This document shows positions 1 through 13,798 of a stretch of DNA of 64,000 bases, piece by piece. The notes under the pieces are model-generated. The model had not been told where the DNA came from. It was given only the letters and a program-made list of their open reading frames with translations, and ran no database searches. Origin of the DNA: Mobula hypostoma (taxonomy: Eukaryota); contig NC_086097.1 of NCBI RefSeq assembly GCF_963921235.1, forward strand, positions 228,348,001 to 228,412,000, read 5' to 3'. The position numbers were made by a program, and so were the translations under genes. Positions within the stretch are counted from its first letter, which is position 1. The number at the start of each line of letters is the position of its first letter.

Positions 1-840
1 AGTTTTAGGAAGAGGCTGATTCCTGCATTTTTGCACCTCTGGTACCTTATATTGAGGTGTCACCTATTACATTCATTGTTCAATATTAGCCTGCATTTTG
101 GCATTTGCCACTTTTGCTCAAAAGGAGATTTTTCAAACACGTGTTTGGGGAATTGTGTGCACACGTCATCTATTGATTAATAATGATTTACATTTGGTGT
201 CAAACATCACTACAACTATCAACGGGTTAACCTTCTGAATAATTGTCCCATGTATCACTAGTGGTAATGTATGTGTCTGTGTTTCAGGTGATCACTTTTA
301 TTCTAATATTACATATTTTTGTTGAAAAGTAGAACTATTGTAATATGGTTTAATCTAAACTGGGAGTTTCATGACCTAGGATAATGTGCAAAATATAGTG
401 AGAATTAGAAGACAGGAATCAGAAGCATTGTGAGTACTGCTTTAACAGCAAGCCTTATGTTAGTGGAAAAAAATATGCTGGAAATCTGTTTTTGTCTTTA
501 AATGCATTTTTACTCTTCAACTGGTGTTATGACTTTACTTTTTTTATAGATAAAAGTCTTGATCATTGCTTCATTCTTGCAAGAATTCTGCTGAACTGTT
601 ATTTTTAATTAATAAACCTTAAATTTTGTTCAATTAACATAAAACTTTTTTTAAACAGCTGTACATTTTTCATTGAAATTTCATTTTAAAATGTGGTATT
701 CCCAAATTAATTGTATAATATGCATTTTAATTTTTGTAAATGTTTCTATCCATTGAAATTTTATTCTGGTATCATGTGCATTTTTATATTTTAAGCAGTC
801 AATAAATTGCATGCTTAACCGAATTTTGTGTTCTTTTGTA
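1..840 (+). other. Probable 3' UTR and poly(A) region of a convergent plus-strand gene
   Basis: AT/T-rich unique sequence, AATAAA at 611 and 801, with a GT-rich tract (ttttgtgttcttttgt) after the second. Confidence 0.45.
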
Positions 841-860
841 TCTGTGGTAAACCATATATA

Positions 861-1069
861 TGTTGTAACTGGGTTAACTGTCTGGACACGCCCCTCTGCT
901 GACTGCCCCTGTGGCTCCTCCCACAGACCTGTATAAAGGTTTTTCACCTTGCCCCTCCCCCTCAGTCCGGGGGGCAGACACTCACCATGGAGGTCGTATT
1001 GTACAATGAATAAAAGCCTTTCAGTATTTTACCCAACCTCAGTCTTTTGGAGTTATTGAAGGTGCTTCA
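861..1069 (+). mobile_element. Short solo-LTR-like element
   Basis: TG...CA ends, TATAAA at ~932, AATAAA at ~1009, GC-richer than flanks; no clean TSD. Confidence 0.45.
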
Positions 1070-1109
1070 GTATCTGATTGTTTTATTAAGAAAGAAAACA
1101 GGATGTTCT

Positions 1110-1805
1110 TGGATAAGAATGTAATTGGCATCATTAGTTTGCAGGTGACACCAAAATAGGTGGTATATTGGACAGTGACAAAGGTTACGCAAGATTACAG
1201 TTAGATCTAGGTCAACTCGGGAAATTCACCAAAGAATGGCAAATAGAATTTAACTCAGATAAGTGCAAGGTGTTGCACTGTGTCTCTTCTGGTCATTAAA
1301 CTGGAAAGATATGGAAAAGGATCATAAAGATGTTATCAGAACTGGAGAGCTTGAGTCTGGATAGATTGGGATATTTTTCTCTGGACGCTGAGGGATGACC
1401 TTACAGAGATGTAAAATCATGAGGGGCGTGGATAAGATGAGAGGACACAGTCTTTTTCCAGGGTAGGGGAGTCTAACACTATAGGCTATTGGCTTATGAT
1501 GAGAGGAGAAAGATTTAAAAGGGACCTGTGGGGCAATCTTTTGACACAGAGGCAGATGGGTATATGGAGTGAGCTACTAGAGGAACATATTGAGGCAGGT
1601 ACATGTAAAAGACATTTAGATTGGTACATAGATAGGAAAGGCTTAGAGCAGGGGTTCCCAACCTGAAGTCTATGAACCCCTTCCTTAATGGTATTGGTCC
1701 ATGGCATAAAAAAGGTTGGGAACCTCTAGTTTGGAGGGATTTGTGGCGAGCACAAATAGGACCAGCTCGGGTAGACAACTGTTGGCACAGACAAATTGGA
1801 CCAGA
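1110..1805 (+). mobile_element. Degraded CR1 LINE 3' fragment
   Basis: Remnants of FAGDTKIGG and KCKVLH motifs and a CR1-type 3' end. Confidence 0.7.
1649..1728. mobile_element. 80-bp hAT (Charlie-like) MITE
   Basis: TIRs CAGGGGTTCCCAACCT / AGGTTGGGAACCTCTA; degenerate 8-bp flanks gcttagag / gtttggag. Confidence 0.7.
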
Positions 1806-2224
1806 TTAATGAGAACATTCTCTGAATGGGAGTGTTAAGCATTTCCTACCAATCTGCACTGACTTAAGTTTTCCCACAACAGTTGGATATTGATTTGAGA
1901 TTGATGCAAAGGCAGAAGTAAGAAATTCAATGTATCGACATTAAGTCAATAGGCAAAATTGGATAATAAGTTTCAGTATGATTTAGGAGTTCTGCAGATG
2001 CTGGAAATCTTCAGCAACACACACGTGCTAAAGGAACACAGCAAGTCAGGCAGCATCTACAAAGGGAAACAAACAATATGGTTCAAAGCAAGACTTTTCA
2101 GCACTGGAAAGAAAGGGTCTTGGCCTGAACATTAGCTGTCCATTTCCCTCCATAAATGCTGAGTTGCTCCAGCATTTTGTGTGTTGCCCAAGTTTCATCA
2201 TTTAAGTAAATTACATCAAACATC

Positions 2225-4594
2225 TGTAGAAGGGCTAAAGTGCGTGTACTTCAATGCAAGAAGCATCAGGAACAAAGGTGATGAACTGAGAGCTTGGATA
2301 CATACATGGAATTATGGCCATTACAGAGACTTGGCTTGCACCAGGGCAGGAATGGATTCTCAATATTCCTGGATTTCAGTGCTTTAAAAGAGATGGTGGG
2401 GGGGGGGGAGGGAAGGAGGGGTGGTATTACTGGTCAGGGATACTATTACAGCTACAGAAAGGGTGGATAATGTAGCAGGATCCTCTTTTGAGTCAGTATG
2501 AGTGGAAGTCAGGAACAGGAAGGGAGCAGTTACTCTATTGGGAGTATTCTATAGGCCCCCTGGTAGCAGCAGACATACCAAGGAGCAGATTGGGAGGCAG
2601 ATTTTGGAAAGGTGCAAAAATAACAGGGTTTTTATCATGGGTGACTTTAACTTCCCTAATATTGATTGGCACCTGATTAGTTCCAAGGGTTTCGACGGGG
2701 CAGAGTTTGTTAAGTGTGTCCAGGACGGACTCCTGTCATAGTATGTTGACAGGTCAACTGGGGGAATGCCATACTAGATCTAGTATTAGGTAATGAACCG
2801 GGTCAGGTCACAGATCTCTCAGTGGGTGAGCATCTGGGGGACAGTGACCGCCACTCCCTGGCCTTAAGCATTATCATGGAAAAGGACAGAACCAGAGAGG
2901 ACAGGAAATTTTTTAATTAGGGAAGGGCAAATTATGAGGCTATAAGGCTAGAACTTGTGGGTGTGAATTGGGATGATGTTTTTGCAGGGAAATATACTAT
3001 GGACATGTGGTCAATGTTCTGCGATCTCTTGCAGGATGTCAGGGATAAATTTGTCCTGGTGAGGAAGATAAAAAATGGTAGGGTGAAGGAACCATGGGTG
3101 ACAAGTGAGGTGGAAAATCTAGTCAGGTGGAAGAAGGCAGCATACATGAGGTTAAGGAAGCAAGGATCGTATGGGTCTATTGAGGAATATAGGGTAGAAA
3201 GAAAGGAGCTTAAGAAGGGGCTGAGAAGAGCAAGAAGGGGGCATGAGAAGGCCTTGGCGAGTAGGGTAAAGGTAAACCCTAAGGCATTCTTCAATTATGT
3301 GAAGAACAAAAGGATGACAGGAGTGAAGGTAGGACCGATTAGAGATAAAGGTGGAAAGACGTGCCTGGAGGCTGTGGAAGTGAGCGAGGTATATTTGGAT
3401 TTTCAAAAGGCTTTTGACAAGGTCCCACACAGGAGATCAGTGTGCAAACTTAAAGCACATGGTATTGGGGGTAAGGTATTGATGTGGATAGAGAATTGGT
3501 TAGCAGACAGGAAGCAAAGAGTGGGAATAAATGGGACCTTTTCAGAATGGCAGGCAGTGACTAGTGGGGTACCACAAGGCTCAGTGCTGGGACCCCAGTT
3601 GTTTACAATATATATTAATGACTTGGATGAGGGAATTAAATGCAGCATCTCCAAGTTTGCGGGTGACACGAAGCTGGGCGGCAGTGTTAGCTGTGAGGAG
3701 GATGCTAAGAGGATGCAGGGTGACTTGGATAGGTTGGGTGAATGGGCAAATTCATGGCAGATGCAATTTAATGTGGATAAATGTGAAGTTATCCACTTTG
3801 GTGGCAAAAATAGGAAAACAGATTATTATCTGAATGGTGGCCGATTAGGAAAAGGGGATGTGCAACGAGACCTGGGTGTCATTATACACCAGTCATTGAA
3901 AGTGGGCATGTAGGTACAGCAGGCGGTGAAAAAGGCGAATGGTATGCTGGCATTTATAGCGAGAGGATTCGAGTACAGGAGCAGGGAGGTACTACTGCAG
4001 TTGTACAAGGCCTTGGTGAGACCACACCTGGAGTATTGTGTGCAGTTTTGGTCCCTTAATCTGAGGAAAGACATCCTTGCCATAGAGGGAGTACAAAGAA
4101 GGTTCACCAGATTGATTCCTGGGATGGCAGGACTTTCATGTGAAGAAAGACTGGATGAACTGGGCTTGTACTCGTTGGAATTTAGAAGATTGAGGGGGGA
4201 TCTGATTGAAACGTATAAGATTCTAAAGGGATTGGACAGGCTAGATGCAGGAAGGTTGTTCCCGATGTTGGAGAAGTCCAGAACGAGGGGCCACAGTTTG
4301 AGGATAGAGGGGAAGCCTTTTAGGACCGAGATTAGGAAAAACTTCTTCACACAGAGAGTGGTGAATCTGTGGAATTCTCTGCCACAGGAAACAGTTGAGG
4401 CCAGTTCATTGGCTATATTTAAGAGGGAGTTAGATATGGCCCTTGTGGCTACGGGGGTCAGGGGGTATGGAGGGAAGGCTGGGGCGGGGTTCTGAGTTGG
4501 ATGATCAGCCATGATCATAATAAATGGCGGTGCAGGCTCAAAGGGCCGAATGGCCTACTCCTGCACCTATTTTCTATGTTTCTATGTTTCTATG
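2225..4594 (+). mobile_element. CR1 LINE ORF2 remnant (endonuclease plus RT, internally deleted or chimeric)
   Basis: YFNARSI, GVFYRPP, GDFNFP, YLDFQKAFDKVPH, GVPQGSVLGP and FAGDTKL motifs; (TTTCTATG)n tail; stops and frameshifts. Confidence 0.92.
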
Positions 4595-6183
4595 AGTAGG
4601 AAGGTGCTGACGATGCCATTAAAGTGGCCCTCTGCAGTAACGCATTTGCTGCTGCTTGGCTGGTGTTCTGACATGTTTGCAGCCTTCATCTAAATCCAGA
4701 AAAAAAGGCTGAATTCTGCAGATCTGTCCTTGATGTGCAGATGGCATTTGACCAAATGTGGCAACAAGGAGCCCTGTAAAAATCAAGAATGAAAAGGGAA
4801 AACTCTCCATCTCGTAATCACTGTAAAGGACAATAATGATAATTGCACAACGTAATAAGTTCAGCTTCCAGAGAACCTTGGTCTGAAGCCAAAATATCCT
4901 TAAATGCTTCGTCACTTCAATCGCAAAGTCCAGAAGGGAGGCTGAATATAATCAGTGCTAGCTCCAAATTTACAATCTAGTAGTATATCATCAGTCTGAA
5001 CATGTTGCTATTTTCTTCATTCATAAAGGGAGAGAATCTGACAATTCCTTTATAGCGCACATGAGTACTTTCACTATGCCAGCTGTATTTCAAAAAGGTG
5101 ACTGACACATTCAAAATACAGCAAAAGATGACCAAGAAAGCTGGTCCTGCCCCTGAGGTGTCCACCATCTATGAATGAACAAAGAAAACTATGTTGGTTA
5201 AAATGAAAAAGTAATGGAGAGAATTTAAATACATAAGGTCCCTTACAGCAGACTTCTTCTTCTTCATGTGCCTTGCGCGTTACACGCTTGGGCGATCATG
5301 GCACTCCACATCAAACGATCCCTCGCAGTGTCGATGATATCTCGCACACTTAGATCTGTTAGTTCTTTCACAATGTCCACATACTTTCTTCTTTGCCTTC
5401 CCAGGCATACGGCCTTGTAATGTAAGGCATTCTATTTCTCCCTTTCTGATGACATGGCCCAGGAATTTAAGTTTCCTCTTTTAATGTTTTCATTAAAGAT
5501 CTTTTCGTATGGGCATGTTGGAGTACCGTCTCATTAGGTACCCTATCTCTATATGATATTTTCAGCATTCTTCTAAGAAACCACATTTCTGTTGCTTCTA
5601 AGTTTCTTTGGAGTTCTGGTGTTGTCGTCCATGTTTTGGAAGCATACAACAAGATTGACCAGATGTAACATTTTAGTAGCCTAAGCCTCATTGTCATAGA
5701 AATGTGTCTGTTGGTAAAAATGGGTTTCATTTTTTGGAAGTTGGTTTTGGCAATGGCAATTCTTCTTTTTATTTCTACTTTACTTCTAGCATCTTGTGAT
5801 ATAAAGCTACCAAGGTAATTAAAGCTGGTCTTTTGTTCAATCTCTTGGTTACCGATGTACATTTGGCAGTTGGAGGTATCCTGCTGTTTTGATATTACTG
5901 TACATTTGTGTTTTTTTTACAGTTGATGGTTAGACCAAAATCTGCACTTGTCTGTACTACTTTGTCTAGGAGGATTTGTAGGCCTTCTCCAGCACTTGCT
6001 GTTAGGGTGGTATCGTATGTATATCTTATATTGTTCATGTTAACACATCCAATTTTTATCCCATCTAGGTCTTCTATTTCTCTGAGAATCATTTCACTAT
6101 AGATATTAAATAATTCCAGTGAGGCAACGCATCCCTGTCTAACTCCTCTTTGAATTTGAGTCCAACTGCTTATACTATCATCA

Positions 6184-6778
6184 ATTTCATCTCGACAGTA
6201 GAGGAGGCCATGGATTGACATATCAGAATAGGAATGGGACATGGATGAAGCCACACTCAGGTTGGAGGGGGCAACACCTTATATTCCGTGCCGTTAGCCT
6301 CCAAACTGATGGCATGAACATTGATTTCTCTAACTTCCATTAATGCCCCTCCTCCCCTTCTTACCCCATCCCTCCTATTTATTTATTTATTTATTTATTT
6401 ATTCTTCTCTCTTTCCTTCTCATAATAACTCCTTGCCTGTTCTCCATCTTCCTCTGGTGCTCCCCTCCCCCTTTCTTTCTTCCAAGGCCTTTCATTCTAT
6501 GATACTCCCCCTACTCCAGCCTTGTATCCCTTTTGCCAGTCAACTTCCTTGCTCTTAGCTTCATCCTTCCTCCTCCTGTCTTCTCCTATCATTTTGGGTC
6601 TCCCCCTCCCACTTTCAAATCTCTTACTATCTCTTTTTCCCGTTAGTCCTGACGAAGGGTCTCGACCCGAAACATCAACTGCACTTCTTCCTATAGATGC
6701 TGCCTGGCCTGCTGCGTTCCACCAGCATTTTGTGTGTGTTGCTTGAATTTCCAGCATCTGCAGATTTCCTTGTGTTTA
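6184..6778 (+). mobile_element. Penelope-like element 3' fragment with short 5' inversion, inside the RTE
   Basis: Matches 46105-46580; 6184-6243 is the same family in opposite orientation; carries a hammerhead motif. Confidence 0.8.
6645..6680 (+). ncRNA. Minimal hammerhead ribozyme motif (Penelope-associated)
   Basis: agtc CTGACGA A GGG tctcga CCC GAAA CATC aact. Confidence 0.6.
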
Positions 6779-9044
6779 CGTCTATATACTGAATCCATCT
6801 CTCACATATTTTATCTGGATCTGTTAGTATGGATCTGTCTGCTGATCTTATGCATTCTGTAGAGGAGGTTTTCTCAATTCCAGTAATTTCCTTAATTTTC
6901 TTGTGCATTTCTTTGCTGTTGTTAATATGGCCTTCTACTTCATTGCATTTTTGATTCAGCCATTCTTCCTTTGCAATATTGCACAATTGTCTCATCTGTC
7001 TGTCTAGCTCTCTGTATTGCATTTCATTATTCTTCACTAACCTTCTTTGTTCCATCAGATCTAGAATTTCTTTGGTTATCCACCCCTTGTTGGTGTGTTG
7101 GATTTCTTGCACTGGGATTATCTCCTCTGCTGATGGCTGTATAGCATATTTAAATCTGTCCCAAATAGGTCTTGTTTCATTTTTGTTGAGGTGTTCTTCT
7201 ACAGCTGTCTTGAATTGTTGCTTAAGTATGCTATCATTTTAAGCACTCCCAACATATACTTTTTTTTTCCACATTTCAGTTTCTTTAATTAAGTTTTGAT
7301 GGTAGCTATTACTGAATGGTGATCTGAACCACAGCCTGCTCCTGGGTAGGCTTTAGAAGTTGTGATATTATTTCTAAAGCATTCACTGATGGTAATGAAA
7401 TCTGTTTGATTCCTTGTTCCATCTCCAGGACTAATCCAAGTACACAATCTACATGGATGGTTTTTTACCATATTGGTGATCACTTGGTTGTCTCTGACAC
7501 ACCAATCAGTAAACCTTTCTCCATTTTCATTTTTCTCCCCCAATCCAAAAGGTCCTATGATGTATCAACCCTTTCCTGTCCAACGTTGGAGTTAAAATCT
7601 CCCATGACTAGTTTTATATCCTGAGACTTACATATAAGCACTGTCGAGATCTTCATAAAACTTGTTGATATCCTCTTCATTTGTTGGCGCATAGGCTTGG
7701 ATTATGCTAATGTTAAAAGGGTTACCCCTTACTTTAACTAAAAGCAGCCGGTTGGATTTCGCCCAAAATCCCATAAGACATTTTGCTACTTGTTTGTTTA
7801 AAATAATTGCAACTCCATACATATGCTGATGACGTCCAGAATACATTATCAGAGAACTATTCTTAGTGAATTTACCACTGTCGGTACATCTAATTTCTGA
7901 CAGGCCTAAGATATCAATTTCCAACCTTTTCATTTAATGTGTTGTCCAACTTTCCTTCCTGATAAAGTGTATAGATGTTCCATGTTGCTGTCCTTAGCCT
8001 TTCCCTATTGCTTACAGTCTCTGGATGACGGTCTGGTGTCACCTGCAGCCCATGACTACCCTTACCGAGCGAGGTGTTGTTCTGTTCATTAGAATCAACC
8101 CCATTCATGCTGTTGTCTGGCTTCCTTCTTTTGTTTCTTTCCATGATTGACTGGGCAGAAATTTCAACAGTGGTTTGCCGTTGCCTTCTGTTGCCGCAGT
8201 GCGCATCTAACTAGAGCATTTGACCCCTACGGGTGTTCCCAATTGGGAATCATACACTAGGCGTCGCCCAACCTTTGCCATTGTTGTACAAAGACAATCC
8301 TCCACCAAAGCTTGGAATCCATCTCCTTGCTGCTGAAGACCTCAGTGATTTTAGGTGACACCACCACCATTGGCCTGGTTATTTTTCTGGCGCCAAACAC
8401 TCGCCGTAGACAGAGCTCCTTCAGCGAGACAGGGTGCACCCGGACCTAAGTATTACGTGAAGGCAGAGTTGTCTTGGGTGGGAGAAGCTATATAATCGCT
8501 ATTGGCATTTCCTGATATTTATTTAGGACCAACCACCCCATACACCCATACATTAGTGTAGCAAACTAATGAGTTAATAAACAACACACAAAATGCTAGA
8601 CAAACTCTGTGGTCCAGGGAGCATCCATGGTTGATGTTTGAGTGAACCACTTCTTCCGAAGCCACCGAGTTCCTTTAAGCACATTTGGTGTGTTGCTCCA
8701 GATTTTCAGCATCTGCAGTTTCTCACATCTCTCTAATCAGATAGTAAAGATTGTTGACTAAACTGACGCACATTAGATCAAGAGGTAACACTACATAATG
8801 GGTAACTGGGGATTGGTATAGTGATGAAATCAGTGTTTGGGTCAAAGGATTTGGAGGAGTGGTGGCAAGGGGAATGTACAAATAGGCTTCCCACCACCTT
8901 AGATTCAAATAAAATAGTCTAGAGAATATAGAGGAAATGCATGTGGCTTAACTTGTCAAAAAGTATTTACTCCTTCAACATGGAATTTACTCCTCCTTAG
9001 CTCACTGCCTTATAGCATGGATCCTTGCCATACACCAGATGAAG

Positions 9045-9577
9045 TGAATGGCAGCGATGCTGAGGATGTTCTATGAGTCTGTGGTGGCCAGTGCGATCAT
9101 GTTTGCTGTTGTGTGCTGGGGCAGCAGGCTGAGGGTAGCAGACACCAACAGAATCAACAAACTCATTCGTAAGGCCAGTGATGTTCTGGGGATGGAACTG
9201 GACTCTCTCACGGTGGTGTCTGAAAAGAGGATGCCGACAAAGTTGCATGCCATCTTGGTCAATGTCTCCCATCCACTACATAATGTACTGGTTGGGCACA
9301 GGAGTACATTCAGCCAGAGACTCATTCCACCGAGATGCAACACTATGCGTCATAGGAAGTCATTCCAGCCTGTGGCCATCAAACTTTACAACTCCTCCCT
9401 TGGACGGTCAGACACCCTGAGCCAATAGGCTGGTCCTGGACTTATTTCATAATTTACTGGCATAATTTACACATTACTATTTAATTATTTATGGTTTATT
9501 ACTATTTAATTATTTATGATGCAACTGTAATGAAAACCAGTTTCCCTCGGGATCAATAAAGTATGACTATGACTATG
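9045..9577 (+). mobile_element. Rex1/Babar-type LINE 3' fragment
   Basis: MLRMFYESVVAS..FAVVCWG...RKSFQPVAIKLYN; AATAAA followed by a (TATGAC)n tail. Confidence 0.75.
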
Positions 9578-10029
9578 GTTGGAATAGAGGTGGATTAGCA
9601 GATCAGAGCCCAGCAGTTAGGGCATGACAGAGCGTGGATGACTAAAAATGATTGGAGGGAGAGGATGGTGCAGGTGACAGGACCTGCAAATAGTTGGTAT
9701 TGAAGGGGATAATCAAAGGGTGATCAGCCATTGTGATGGTGGAGAAAGAAGAGACAGGGTTGCTCAACTCAGTATTGGAACACATGTGAGAAAGGGGCTC
9801 ATAACAGTACAGGACTAAAATTGGGAGGGGGCAATGCATTTGAAAGGAAAAACCAAGAACGTTGTTAAGTAAACTTAGCTACTTTGCAGACTTCAAGGTA
9901 CCCATACAATTTTCACACTTGTCTAGTGTTGCATTATTGAAAATAACTAAGCACACTAGCATTTCTGGGAAAATCTGAATACGGATTTTTTTTACTTCAT
10001 TGTTTAATTGATTATACCTAAACTTTTCA

Positions 10030-10277
10030 AGTAACTTTTACCTTTTGTAGCTTTTCTTTGCTTATTGTTATTGTTCCTTTCTTGATTTTGTGGCACCGCA
10101 GGTAACAACCTTGCTCTTTCTTTAGCATTTGTCTGTTGTTGGTTTTTTGACGAGGCCGAGTTACTAGTTTGGCACTCAACACAGCACGGATGGAAAGCAT
10201 GCAAGTATCCAGCCGGATTCCCACCCAGGGTCACTCGCCTCAAAGTCCAGTGCGGTTGCCACTACACCACCAGCCGT
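10030..10277 (-). mobile_element. tRNA-derived SINE
   Basis: Minus-strand A box TGGTGTAGTGG, degenerate B box GGTGGGAATCC, and an AAAGGT/AAAAGT-type tail. Confidence 0.6.
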
Positions 10278-10324
10278 CTGTCCCTTTGCTTATAACAAGA
10301 TACAAGATGCAAACCTGTACTTAA

Positions 10325-11425
10325 GACTATGACAGGAGCAGAATTAGGTCATTCAGCCCGATGAATCTGCTCCGCTATTCCATCATGGCCGATCCAAGAT
10401 CCCATTCAACCTCATAGACCTGCTTTCTCACCATATCCTCTGATGCCCTCACTGATTAGGAAACAATCAGCTTCTACTTTAAATATAGTCATAGTCTGAG
10501 GCAGAGCATTCCACAGATTCACTACTTACTAAAAAAAATCACTCCTTACCTCTTTTAAAAGGTCGTCCTTCTATTTTGAGATGGTGCCCTCTAGTTCTGG
10601 ATACCCCCACCATAAGAACCTCTCCACATCCACCCTTTCTAGTCAGTTCAACTTCAGTAGGTTTCAACATGATCCGCCCACATTCTTCTAAATTCCTGTG
10701 AGTTCAAGCCAAATGCCAAATGCTCATGTGTTAACCCCTTCATTCCTGGAATCACCCTCATGAATGTCCTCTGGACTCTCTCCATCCTTACTGAGATAAG
10801 GAGCCCAAACCTGTTGACAATACTCCATGTGGCCTGACTAGTGTCATCACAGCATTATAAGGAGATAACAACATTATCTCCTTGTTTTTATGATTTTATT
10901 CCCCTTGAAATAAATGTCGATATTGCATTTGCCTTCTTTACCACAGACTCAGCCTGTGAATTAACCTTCTGGGAGATTTGCATGAGGACTCCTAAGTCCC
11001 TCTGCACCTCTGATGTGTGAACCTTCTTCCCATTTAGATAATAGACTGCACTGTTGTTCCTTTTACCAAAATGTATTATCATATATTTCCCAGCACTGTA
11101 TTCCATCTGTCACTTTTTTGTCCATTCTTCCAATTTGTCCAAGACCTGCTACAATTGCATTGCCTTCTCAGCACTACCCACCCCTCCACCTATCTTCGTA
11201 TCATCCACAAACTTTGCCACAAAGCCATCAATTCCACTATCTGAATCAATGACAACGTGAAAAGCGGTGCTTCCAATACTGACCCCTGAGGAACAGTAGA
11301 ACAATTAGTCACCAGAAAAGGCCCCTATTATTCCCACTTGCTTCCTCCTGCCTGACAGCCATTCTGCTATCCATGCCAGTATCTTTCCTGTAATGCCATA
11401 GGATTTTATCTTGTTAAGCAGATTT
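10325..11425 (-). mobile_element. CR1 LINE 3' fragment
   Basis: IIHFGKRN...VQRDLGVL...VKKANA in ORF 10888-11106 and a CR1 3' end. Confidence 0.8.
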
Positions 11426-13798
11426 TATCTCTTTATTTTGTAACTTATCCATCGGGGTGTGTTGCCTATGCAAAATGATCAATCTAACAAAAGTCCAAAC
11501 CTGTTGCTTTGTGAACTGTAGCTTCCACGTAATTAAATGAATCTTTGTTGTCAAAGGATTGTTTTATTCTCCAAAAAAAATCCATCAATTTCGTAATCTT
11601 ACAAGAGACAGAAGATATATAAAATATTCATTTTAAATATAAAGCCATATTAAATGTAAAAATGTGGATTATTTATGTACAATTAAAAATCTCTTATTGC
11701 AAGCATATAAAATGAATCGTAGGGTATTCATGTTGCAAATAAAAATGGAATATTCTGATCAGTAAATAGATGTTTAAAGCATTGCTTAAAAAGTGCTAAC
11801 ACTTAAAAAGAATAAATGGCAATATTATACTTGCCCAACAATAATTTACACAAAAGGCAAAATATATTCCACATACGCAAAATATATACTTTATAATACT
11901 GTTCCTGTAATTGATACAGAAAACTCTCAGTAATCCACAACATGAATTAAATATAATTCTAAATTAACCAAATTACTTCAGACCTGTGTAAAAGCATTCT
12001 TGCTAATTTGAATACCATCACTGAATGAGCACTTTTATTAATTAATGTGATTCTGCACACAAAGAAACAAAATGTGTCCAGAGATTCACCACATATTGAG
12101 AAGAATTGTACAATAAGGCAGACCATTGCTCAAGGACTAGAAGTGAGATATTATTCTCTTTAGTGTAACTGGCAGTCCATGAAACCACTAAAGTTGTATG
12201 CTTAGATTACTGTAGGACAGCTAATAAGAAAACCAATGAGGAAATCAGGCTGCCAATACATAGCCTGTTTAGAGCATATTATATTACTTTATGTCTAAAG
12301 AATAAAGGATCAAATTCAATCATATCCTAAGCAATATAAATCAATAGAATTAAATTTCTGGAAATTGCACCTTCATAATGTGTAATGTATATACTCTTAA
12401 TAATTTGTGAAATATCCAGTACTTTCAAAGAAAACTAAAGTGCCTGCAGGTTCTAATTTTATTGCAACAGTGGTACAATAGCAATGTCGCACTGCAAGAC
12501 AGACCAAAGACAATCTTATAAAGGACCTTGCTTTAGATGTAGCCCCTTTAAACTGATGGCAATCTGGAAAATGGGTGTGTTTCCACTTTTTTCTGCTGTA
12601 GCTGTCCAGCATTAGTAATGTTATTAAGAATTCAGCTGATGGCCTGTACTCAACTACCTTACAAACCCAGAATATTAAATCTTTTGATCTAATCCAGCAA
12701 TCTTGTGTCAATCTTCTGAGCTGCACTTCTTCTATATCAAAAGAATATCACTTTAAGGCAAAGTTAATCTAACACACAAAAATTTGTATTAAATTTCAAA
12801 GGAGATAATCAGAACATTGTATTCCTGCCTGCAGATTAGTACCCATTGGCATTATCCTATTGGCAAGTTGGTCTATTTGTGTCACTTGTACAAAGGTACA
12901 GTGAAAAACTTTGTTTTGATGTTCCGAAATGGTGTGCTTATAGTTCAATATTGTTCTCATGCCAATGCAGCAACTGAGCAGGAAGTGTAAGTGGAGAGAT
13001 TAGCACAGGAAAAAAAAACTGAATTTCAGTTACAGATAAAGACTGAGATTAATATTTTTCAGATCTTTGATCTCAACACGCATGTCTGGAAGCCGTTGGT
13101 TCATTGAAAGCAAAACACAGAGGAACGAGAATAGCCTGCTATGCCAGTCCTGTCACTCAGCAAGACTGACTGGTCCTGAACTTGATTCCACTCACATGCC
13201 TCATCTCCAAATCAGTTTGTAGGAACAGAAAATAGCAGGAATGGGCCATTTACCCTTCAGATCTTCACAAACATTCAATACAATCTCTTCAGTGTTTTGT
13301 TCCCACCTTCTCCCCCTACCCATTTAACTAATATATATTAAATATATTATATATTCTTCTTGAATATACTGAATACCTTGACCTCCACTGGCTTCTTGAG
13401 AGAGAATTGCACAGGTTCACCACACTCTTGGTGAATAAATGACTCATGATGGTAATTAGAAATTGTCTAGCCAATTTCCCAAGGCAGTGAGAACTCAAGC
13501 TACCCAGAACATCCTCCTTGTATCAGGTCTGTTTATGCTGAATTTACATATATTTTTAAATGTGATCTCTTCTTATTCAGCTATTCTCAAACTTACACAA
13601 TCTCTGGTTAAACATCAGTCCTGCCATCCATTAAACCTTTATTGCACTTTTTCTAAGGCAAGGACTTCAGATAAGGAGAACAGAACTACAAAACAAAGCT
13701 CCAGATGTTACCTTATCAAGACCCTCTGCAGCCGCAGCAAGACATCCTTAACCCATTCTTGCAGTAGTCTTATCGCCTCGTTTGAAAATTATTAACCA

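Larger units (their letters stand above)
5253..8460 (-). mobile_element. RTE-clade LINE, degraded and interrupted
   Basis: Endonuclease (ILGLSEIR, IIQAYAPT, GSDH), RT (GVRQGC, NNIRY), C-terminal EATEMWFLRRML, and a (GAA)n tail at 5253-5265. The 5' boundary is approximate. Confidence 0.85.

Noticed and set aside
4619..5168. Short minus-strand ORFs behind an acceptor-like site
   Set aside because: No recognisable protein and no supporting partner exons.
8140..8460. HDV-like ribozyme in the RTE 5' UTR
   Set aside because: Known in some RTE elements, but I could not build the nested pseudoknot by eye; needs a motif search.
12397..12735. Minus-strand ORF with a possible acceptor and a CW dipeptide
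   Set aside because: No recognisable homology and downstream of the cytokine stop; the open frame does not match phase 0 at the obvious acceptor.
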